From the NCBI GenBank assembly GCA_029259745.1, contig JAJDEO010000048.1:111024-175023 (forward strand): a stretch of 64,000 bases of DNA, read 5' to 3'. Numbering within the stretch: position 1 is the first letter of the stretch; each line of letters starts with the position of its first letter. A model generated the notes under the pieces. The model saw nothing but the letters and a program-made list of their open reading frames with translations. It was not told where the DNA came from and did no database searches. Positions 57,362 to 64,000 of the stretch are shown here, piece by piece. This stretch comes from Planctomycetota bacterium (GTDB taxonomy: Bacteria; Planctomycetota; B15-G4). The translations under genes were made by a program, and so were the position numbers.

Positions 57362-58774
57362 ATGACGCGTTTCGACCCCGTTCTTCGGCTTGTCTTCGCG
57401 GCACTCCTGGTGGTCTTGGTGGGCTGTGCCTCGGAGGAGTCGCGTGTGCCGAGCGCGCGCCCCGACGTCGTGCTCGTCGTCGTCGACACGCTGCGCGCCG
57501 ATCGCACCGGGCTCCTCACGCCGGGCCTGATGCCCGAGATGGCGGCTTTGGCCGAGCGCGGTGTCGCCTACAGCACGGCCGTCGCCCCGTCGTCCTGGAC
57601 CCTGCCGTCGATCGCGGCGCTTTTTTCCGGGCGTGAGATCACGGCCCGCCGCACGAGTGCGTATCACGACCCGACTCTGGCCGAGCGCTTCGCCGAGGCC
57701 GGGTACCGCACGGTCGGTCTCGTCGCCAACCCGCTCCTCACGGACGACAACGGCTTCTCGCGCGGCTTCGACGAGTTCGACGTTGCCCCTGCGACGACGA
57801 CTTCGAAGCGTCTCGCCGATGCCTCGATGCTTCCCGAGCTTCGTCGCTGGGACGCCGCGGCGCTCGTCTCGCGCGCCGTCCGCGTGCTCGACGACGCCTC
57901 GCGCGCACAGCCCGTCTTTCTCTATGTGCATCTCATGGACCCGCACCTCCCCTACGACCCCGCGCATGTCCCGCGCGCCGAGGCAATCGAAGGCTGGTCG
58001 ACGTCCGAGCTCCCGGTCGTCTGGCGCGACGAGCCGCTCGCGGGCACGGAGGCGAAGATCGCCGGGACGCTCCGGCGCGCCTACGACGGACAGGTCGCGT
58101 TCGTCGACGAGGCGCTCGGGCGCTTGGGGCGCATGGTCGTCGACGGGCGGCCGCTGCCGCGCAACGGTGACACGCCGCCCGCGCGACGCCCCTGGCTCAT
58201 GGCCGTCACGTCCGACCACGGCGAGGGACTCTTCTCGCATCGCCGCAACCCCGACAGCCCTTCAAGCGGCGAGGTGCTCGACGAGGCCTACCTCGAACAC
58301 GGCGAGCAGGTTTATGAAGAGGCGGTCCGCGTGCCGCTGTGGCTGCTCGGCGCCGGTGTCCCCGCACAGCGGCGCGAGACACGTCCCGTCGCCATGACGA
58401 CGCTCGGCGCGACCCTTGCGCACCTCGCTGCCCTCGACGAGCTCCCGCCCGGCGGGGTCCTCCCGCTCGCATCGACCGACCCCGCGCCGGCTACGATCTT
58501 CGGCACCGGCACGCGCGACTGGTTCGCACGCACACCGGACGCCAAGTACATCGCCCCGTTCGAGGAGCGTCTCACGCACCCGGACGTCGACAACCGCCTC
58601 CTCGAGGTCGCCTCCGAGCGCTACCTCCCCGAGATCGAGTCCCGCCCCCACGCTTCGGGCGACGCGAACCTCCCCTCCAGCTTTCTCATCTGGCGCGCGG
58701 CGAACATCACTCCCAGCGACGTCACGGACCCGGCCACGTACGAACGCCTCAAGCGCCTCGGCTACCTGAAGTGA
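57362..58774 (+). CDS. Sulfatase/alkaline-phosphatase superfamily lipoprotein
   Basis: VDTLRAD, SWTLPS, HLMDPHLPY, TSDHGE and LKRLGYL motifs; LVGC lipobox. Confidence 0.88.
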   Translation: MTRFDPVLRLVFAALLVVLVGCASEESRVPSARPDVVLVVVDTLRADRTGLLTPGLMPEMAALAERGVAYSTAVAPSSWTLPSIAALFSGREITARRTSAYHDPTLAERFAEAGYRTVGLVANPLLTDDNGFSRGFDEFDVAPATTTSKRLADASMLPELRRWDAAALVSRAVRVLDDASRAQPVFLYVHLMDPHLPYDPAHVPRAEAIEGWSTSELPVVWRDEPLAGTEAKIAGTLRRAYDGQVAFVDEALGRLGRMVVDGRPLPRNGDTPPARRPWLMAVTSDHGEGLFSHRRNPDSPSSGEVLDEAYLEHGEQVYEEAVRVPLWLLGAGVPAQRRETRPVAMTTLGATLAHLAALDELPPGGVLPLASTDPAPATIFGTGTRDWFARTPDAKYIAPFEERLTHPDVDNRLLEVASERYLPEIESRPHASGDANLPSSFLIWRAANITPSDVTDPATYERLKRLGYLK

Positions 58775-58826
58775 GCCGCCCTCTTGCGACGCCCCATGGC
58801 GATGCGGATACTTGGCCGTCTCGGCT

Positions 58827-58902
58827 GGGCGAATGGCGCAGTTGGTAGCGCATCTGGATCACAACCAGAGGGTCGGGGGTTCGAGTCCCTCTTCGCCCAC
58901 CA
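58827..58902 (+). tRNA. tRNA-Val (anticodon CAC)
   Basis: Full cloverleaf: GGGCGAA/TTCGCCC acceptor stem, GCGC D-stem, TCTGG-ATCACAA-CCAGA anticodon arm, TTCGAGT T-loop, encoded CCA. Confidence 0.95.
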
Positions 58903-59051
58903 TCAATATCGCCAGAGAATCGGCGATTCGCAGGCAAAGCGGCATCTGAGCGTGCAAGGTCACCCACTCTCAGAAGTGTGTCAATGACACACCTCCAGCC
59001 ATGCGAATGCCGAAGCTGTGCCTACATCGGGCCAGCGGGCGCGAGTCTGTC

Positions 59052-59110
59052 TCACTCCTGCCACGCCCGCCAATCTCGAAGAGCCGCTTCACGTGCTCGG
59101 GGTCCGCCAT
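59052..59110 (-). pseudogene. N-terminal stub of a second pentapeptide-repeat gene
   Basis: RBS GGAGG then ATG; MADPEHVKRL resembles MPNPEHVAML of the upstream gene; similarity ends within about 20 codons. Confidence 0.55.
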
Positions 59111-59185
59111 GGTTCCTCCCTCTCGCATGGATGTCGTCCTCTTCTCGAAGCAGCAGATCCAAAGCTGAGCGTTGCGTGGCGAGCG

Positions 59186-60499
59186 CTACGCGTTCTCCCT
59201 CGTCCCCACCGCCCCATAGTTGTCGCGCAGCCCGCGGTAGAGCTTCGTGAACGCTGCCTCGAACTTCGTCTCGTTCTCCCACTCGGAGAAGTCGAGCACG
59301 TTGTAGCTCTCGATCTGGCGGCGTAGTGGGCCGGGCCAGTCGCATTCCTTCCACGCATCGTCGAGCGCGACCGGGCATAGCACTGGTCTGCCGATCTTCT
59401 TCTCGAGCTTACGTGCTTGGCCGGCCTCCCACTCGACCCATTCGCTTTCCAGCGACCTCTCTGATAGCAAGCTCACGACGACCGGATTGATCGTGTTGAA
59501 CACGTGGTCGATCTGGCGGTCAACTTTGCCGGCATTAAGATCGTGAACGTCGAACCACGTGCGCATGTGTTTTTCGTCGAACGCTGCCTTCAGACGCTTC
59601 GCCAAGGCGCCATCAACGTCGTCGTGCTTGTACGAGATGAACACCGGGTGAAGCTGCAACGGATCGTGGAAGCGTAGATCGTACACGCGATACTGGATCT
59701 CGGTGATCTCCTCCGGCGAAAGCGATGCATCGTACATCCGCACAGCTAAGGTCTCCCAAGGCGTAAGACCTGCTCCTTCGAGGAAGGTGTCCGAGAGCTG
59801 GCCACGTGATCTTGCCAGAGCGCTTGTAGATAGTGAGCTTGGGCCACGGTACTGGACATCGTTTAGGTCGACTTGCGAGAGATCCACATCGTCGAAGTAG
59901 GCTCCGCCGAGGGTCGCGGCGGTCATGTCGGTGTTCCGAAGGATCGTTGCCCGGAAGACCGTAGCGCTTAGGTTCGCATGTCGTAGTTTTGCATTACTTA
60001 GGTCCGCGCGACTAAGGTTGGCACGATTGAGATTCGCGCGGACGAGCCTCGCACCGTTCAGTTTCGCACTGTCCAGGTTCGCACCGGTGAGGTTGGCTTC
60101 GACCAGTACCGCATGAAGCAAGTCGGCGTTGCTCAGGTCAGCATCTACCAGCTCCGCACCACTGAAGTCCGAATAGCTCAGGCTCGAATCGGTTAGATCC
60201 GCGTTGATTAGGTAAGAGCTGTTTAGGTCCGCACTGTCAAGATCCGCACGGCGCAGATCAGCGCCGCTTAGGTCGGCACCGCTAAGGTCAGCGCTGTCCA
60301 AGTTCGCACTGCTTAGGTCAGCGTGGCTCAGAACAGCCTCGTCTAGCTTCGCACTGTGTAAATCCGCGCCTTCTAGAGCTACGCCGCCTAGATTTGCTCC
60401 GCTCAGGTCAATGCGCTCACCTCCGAAGCGGAAGAGTGCCCACAGGTCTCCCTTCCCGCGGGTCTTCTTGAGCATCGCAACGTGCTCGGGGTTCGGCAT
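59186..60499 (-). CDS. Pentapeptide-repeat protein with a C-terminal TIR domain
   Basis: About 36 A(D/N)Lxx repeats; TIR motifs VFISY, WFD, LLSERSLESEWVEWE and LCPVALD; GAGGGAG RBS. Confidence 0.93.
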   Translation of the reverse strand: MPNPEHVAMLKKTRGKGDLWALFRFGGERIDLSGANLGGVALEGADLHSAKLDEAVLSHADLSSANLDSADLSGADLSGADLRRADLDSADLNSSYLINADLTDSSLSYSDFSGAELVDADLSNADLLHAVLVEANLTGANLDSAKLNGARLVRANLNRANLSRADLSNAKLRHANLSATVFRATILRNTDMTAATLGGAYFDDVDLSQVDLNDVQYRGPSSLSTSALARSRGQLSDTFLEGAGLTPWETLAVRMYDASLSPEEITEIQYRVYDLRFHDPLQLHPVFISYKHDDVDGALAKRLKAAFDEKHMRTWFDVHDLNAGKVDRQIDHVFNTINPVVVSLLSERSLESEWVEWEAGQARKLEKKIGRPVLCPVALDDAWKECDWPGPLRRQIESYNVLDFSEWENETKFEAAFTKLYRGLRDNYGAVGTRENA

Positions 60500-60716
60500 G
60501 CTTCTCCCTCGATCGATCGTCCGACCCTTTTTCGGACTGTGCATCAGGCGTGACACACTTCTACACACTTTGCCCTCGAACCGCCCGGATTCGCCCGGAT
60601 ACCACGCACCGGTTCGCACTGCGCTGCCCCCCCCGTGGTACTGTCCGTAGGCACGTCTTCGACGCCGATTTCGTCGCAACGGGCTGATTCCTCGCCGATC
60701 CTCGCCGTGACCCGAT

Positions 60717-60766
60717 TCTGGATCACAACCAGAGGGTCGGGGGGGCGAGCCCCTCTTCGCCCACCA
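60717..60766 (+). repeat. att-site duplicate of the tRNA-Val 3' half
   Basis: 47/50 identity with 58853-58902; all three mismatches are in the T-loop. Confidence 0.92.
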
Positions 60767-60885
60767 CTTCGAGACCCGCCGGCCAACCCGCGCGGATGAG
60801 CGGCGCGGATGAGCGGCCCTCGGGCGCCGCGCCGACGGGGAGCGTGCGCTGAAGTAACGGCGCCGACGTCGTCTCCCGCTCCCGC

Positions 60886-60990
60886 TCACTTGGGGACCGT
60901 CTGTGGGGCATTGCTCTCCCCCCAACCCTGCGTCGCTCCGACGACGTTCATCCAGACGTGCGCGAAGAAATCGGCACCGCCCGCTTCTCC
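60886..60990 (-). pseudogene. Degenerate copy of the C-terminal domain of the neighbouring secreted protein
   Basis: Reads GADFFAHVWMNVVGATQGWGESNAPQTVPK* versus GFDLFTQVWMNDAGAEQGLAGSNALRTLLE*. Confidence 0.65.
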
Positions 60991-61150
60991 CAGAGCGTGG
61001 GTCTGTAAAGCGCTGACTCACGCGAGCCATTGCGCGGCTCGACGCTCGCGATCGTGTGGGTCAAAGTGCGCCAACCCCGCCACGGTGAGCCGTCAGGTCA
61101 CACCGGTGCGGGGTTGGTCGTCCAGGTCGCGCGCGCCGAGGCGCGGACGT

Positions 61151-62191
61151 TCACTCCAGCAGCGTGCGCAGTGCGTTGCTGCCCGCCAGCCCCTGCTCGG
61201 CGCCGGCGTCGTTCATCCAGACCTGTGTGAAGAGGTCGAAGCCGGACAGCGCGGCCGGGAGCGCCGGGATCGTCGTCGAGGCCTCGCCGAGCGTGTCCGT
61301 CTGCAGCGAGACGACGGCGTCGACCGAGGGAACGAAGGTGCCGCCGAAGTACGGCAGGCTCACGTTCTCGAGCCCGAGGAAGAGCAGCGCCGACTCGGAC
61401 GGCAGGGCGCCGAGGAGCGCGAGCTCACCGCCACCGCTGCTTGCCGACGGGGTGCCCGAGCCCACGAGCAGGAGGTCACCCGCCGTGCCGGCGACTCCCC
61501 CACCAAGCGACTCGAACGCAAGCGTCTCGACCATGACGCGGCCCAGGCCGGTGATGGACTGGTGAGCGTCGAGCGGAACACCGTTGGGTGCCGCTTCGTC
61601 GGTCCCGATGCTGGCACCGACGAGCGCCTGCTCCACGTCGAGGATGATCTGATCGAACACGTCGTCGGCGAACATGGTCGTGGAGTTGAAGCCGCGGATG
61701 CGCACCGGGCCGGGAATCGTCCCGCCTCCCGGCGGCGGCTCAGGCAGCTTGCCCTGCAGCTTGAAGCAGAGGTCGACTTCGTTACCGACGCCGAGCGGTA
61801 CTTCGACCGGTGCGACGAACGAGTACCAGTTGCCGGACAGCGTCACGTCCCAGGCTTGGTCCCCGGCGGCCGTGTTGTCGAACGATCCGAAGCCGGGGAC
61901 CGGAATGTCCGTCCCCGGGAACGTCACGCGCGCACTGATGATCTCGCAGAGCTTGGTGCCCGTCGGCAGGTTGAAGGCGCACGAGCAGAACTGGCCCGGT
62001 GACCCGCCGAAGAGCGTGTAGCCCTTCACGTAGATGTCGACGGTGTACATGTCGTCGGTGATCTCCAGCGAGCCCTTGTCGAGACAGACGCCCGGCGACG
62101 TGACGGGCGGCGGCTGGACGCAGGCATCACTGACTGAAACGAATGCTGCGATGGCAACGGCTGTTGCTTGAATCCATCGTGAGTGCTGCAT
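61151..62191 (-). CDS. Secreted Cys-rich hypothetical protein with a conserved C-terminal domain
   Basis: Signal peptide ending SDA; six Cys in the N-terminal domain; C-terminus QVWMNDAGA..GLAGSNAL. Confidence 0.8.
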   Translation of the reverse strand: MQHSRWIQATAVAIAAFVSVSDACVQPPPVTSPGVCLDKGSLEITDDMYTVDIYVKGYTLFGGSPGQFCSCAFNLPTGTKLCEIISARVTFPGTDIPVPGFGSFDNTAAGDQAWDVTLSGNWYSFVAPVEVPLGVGNEVDLCFKLQGKLPEPPPGGGTIPGPVRIRGFNSTTMFADDVFDQIILDVEQALVGASIGTDEAAPNGVPLDAHQSITGLGRVMVETLAFESLGGGVAGTAGDLLLVGSGTPSASSGGGELALLGALPSESALLFLGLENVSLPYFGGTFVPSVDAVVSLQTDTLGEASTTIPALPAALSGFDLFTQVWMNDAGAEQGLAGSNALRTLLE

Positions 62192-62598
62192 GATTTCGGG
62201 TTCCTTCGACAAGTGTCGTGAGTGAGTCGGTTCGCGCGAAGGTCGAGTGACCCTCGCGGCGTGTGGCGCGCGTCGAATGCACGCGTCTCCTACTCACACT
62301 TGATGAGCTGCGGTCCGCTTCTCTGATCGACTCTCGACAAATGCGCGTGGCGCGCTCGTCGTGCCATCGTCGCTCGGCTGGAGTGCCGCGCGCCTCGACG
62401 CAAGTGCATGCGTGACACGTGCACGCCGCGCCATGCGTTCTCGGATCAGGCCGCGTCGCGGTCACGCCCTCAGCGCACTGGAGCGTCGGAGAGCACGCGC
62501 GAGCGGTGCAAGGGATGCAAGGACATCGAGCGTCGTAGGCGCTCTTCGCCGAAGACGTGGCGTCGAGCGCACGGCGCCCGCGCAAGTCCCCGGCGCGG

Positions 62599-62991
62599 TC
62601 AGCCGTCCTTCAGAAGCTCGGCCTTCGCCGCCTCGAGTTCGGACGCCAGCTCATCGAGCTGCGCGCGTAGCTCAGCGCGTTCCTTGCGCAACTCGCTGAC
62701 CTCGGGGTCGACGTTGTCGTCGTCGTGCGCGTGGTCATGATGGGCGTCGCCGTCATCCTCGGCATGGGCCTCTGCTTCGGGTCGGGCCGATGATCGCAAG
62801 GCGATCGTGGTCCGCTCGATCTCTGCGAGGGCCTGCGCGCGAGCTTCGAGAGCTTCGAGGCGGGCGACCTCCGCGCGGGTGTTCAGCATGTCGACGACGA
62901 AGGCACCGGCGGCCAGGACCGCGATGAAGAGCACGCCGATGAAGACGAAAAGTCCGATGCCGCTGTCATCGTCGGAGCGCTTGCTTGCCAT
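62599..62991 (-). CDS. Membrane-anchored coiled-coil protein with a His/Asp-rich linker
   Basis: One TM helix; HAEDDGDAHHDHAHDD; C-terminal heptad pattern. Confidence 0.7.
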   Translation of the reverse strand: MASKRSDDDSGIGLFVFIGVLFIAVLAAGAFVVDMLNTRAEVARLEALEARAQALAEIERTTIALRSSARPEAEAHAEDDGDAHHDHAHDDDNVDPEVSELRKERAELRAQLDELASELEAAKAELLKDG

Positions 62992-63447
62992 CGGTCGCGT
63001 CTCATGGAGAAGCTCGTGAGCGCGCCATTCTAACAGTCTGTTCACAGGCGATTCACAATGGCGCGTACGCACGGGGATTCCTGCACCGCGAGGTCTTCGC
63101 TGCCGTCTTCTTGGATGAGGGAGGTCAGCCTCCGAGTCTCATCCGGAATCGATCTCATGCAGTCCCACGCCAACATCACGACCGCGCTGTTTTCACGCAG
63201 CAGTCTGCGTCGTGCGACGAGCCCCGAGGGCCTTCGCACGGCTCTGTTCGTCGCCTTGCTCGCCGCGGCAGTCGTCACGGCCTGATGGCCCGCGCGACCT
63301 GACGGTCCGAGCCATCGTCCTTCCGCGCGAGGCCGCGCCAACGGAGTCGTTCGCACCGTTGTGAAACGCCGACAGCGCGACTTCGACCGCGCTTCGCCGC
63401 TGACGACTTACCCGTGCCGCTGGCGGTCGGCGCGCAGCGGCCTCACG

Positions 63448-64000
63448 TCACTCGATCGTGACGTCGAACCCATCGCTGAGAGCGCCGAGTCCGTTCGGCG
63501 CGCCGCTGTCCACGACGAGCCATTGGCTCACGATGTGGATGCCGACGATCGACGGCTTGTTGGGCAGCGGGAAGGCGAACTCCGTCGTGCCGCTCGCGTC
63601 GGCGCTCGAAGGAAAGAGACTCAGCATTGTGCCGAGGTCGACGTGCAGCGTCGTGTCGGGAAGCTGCGGGGCGAGGTCGACGCCCGGGATGAGCGCACCT
63701 GTCCCGAGGATCAGGAACGTTGGTGCGCCGGGCAGGACATTGACGCCGCGCAGGACGAAGTCGCTGCTCCCGATCGCGGGCGTGCCGCCGATCGTCGCGC
63801 GTGGTTCGAGTGCGTAGGTTCCCGGGGACGAAACGCCGAACGGCGTGCCGCTGCAGCCGGCGAAGAGCCAGTCGGAGAACACCGGATAGTGGTCCGAGGC
63901 CGTGAAGCTCGTGGTCCCGTCCAGGGGCGAGCCGCTCTTGTGGAGGACGAGCCCGATCGGCCCGCCGTCGAGGCCGTCGTCGTCCTCCGAGGAGTAGATC
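63448..64000 (-). CDS. Partial gene (3' end): endonuclease/exonuclease/phosphatase-family protein with a conserved C-terminal domain
   Basis: The frame stays open to the window edge and contains ASDHYPVFSD (the EEP SDHxPV motif), followed by a GGTPAIG...QWLVVDSGAPNG..ALSDG domain. Confidence 0.72.
   Translation of the reverse strand, partial: IYSSEDDDGLDGGPIGLVLHKSGSPLDGTTSFTASDHYPVFSDWLFAGCSGTPFGVSSPGTYALEPRATIGGTPAIGSSDFVLRGVNVLPGAPTFLILGTGALIPGVDLAPQLPDTTLHVDLGTMLSLFPSSADASGTTEFAFPLPNKPSIVGIHIVSQWLVVDSGAPNGLGALSDGFDVTIE

Larger units (their letters stand above)
58903..60766. mobile_element. Integrase-less genomic islet integrated in tRNA-Val
   Basis: Bounded by the tRNA 3' half (58853-58902) and its copy (60717-60766); visibly more AT-rich codon usage; no integrase ORF. 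Confidence 0.85.

Noticed and set aside
59900-60410. 15-bp periodic DNA repeats
   Set aside because: Fully explained by the pentapeptide-repeat coding sequence.
60717-60766. Second tRNA-Val gene
   Set aside because: It lacks the 5' acceptor strand and D-arm, and the T-loop TTC is mutated; it is an att remnant.
60500-61030. Extended 614-aa version of the TIR ORF
   Set aside because: The extension crosses the att site and is Arg-rich and non-protein-like; an RBS supports the start at 60499.
1-64000. CRISPR array, rRNA, integrase or transposase genes
   Set aside because: No regularly spaced repeat-spacer units and no cas, rRNA or recombinase motifs were found by reading.

Overview
A 64-kb high-GC chromosomal segment, inferred to come from a Planctomycetota-like bacterium (secreted HEAT-repeat proteins, ECF/anti-sigma pair, non-canonical sulfatase, shared C-terminal domains); the taxonomy is not verified. 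Most of it is unlinked housekeeping and envelope genes: ino1, arginase, aspA, prolyl oligopeptidase, PilT, a NatAB-like ABC transporter, RsmJ, CvpA, a QueD-like enzyme, CutA, a diguanylate cyclase, and an LPS glycosyltransferase and kinase. Six things stand out. (1) A 1.86-kb integrase-less islet sits in tRNA-Val(CAC), bounded by a 47/50-bp att duplication and arm-type repeats; it carries one pentapeptide-repeat/TIR gene and a stub of a second paralogue, making it a candidate defence cassette. (2) A similar C-terminal domain ends three unrelated proteins plus one remnant and may be a sorting signal. (3) An ECF sigma, a zinc-finger anti-sigma and a secretin-like protein form one operon. (4) A dif-like XerCD site lies at 48382-48409. 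(5) Unusual fusions occur: a PDZ-containing DAACS transporter, a triple amidohydrolase, a nucleotidase-like/tetraheme lipoprotein, and a membrane-anchored Hsp20 behind a sigma54 promoter. (6) There is a MITE-like element and several decay scars. No CRISPR array, rRNA, transposase or integrase was seen. All calls come from reading motifs by eye, without database searches.
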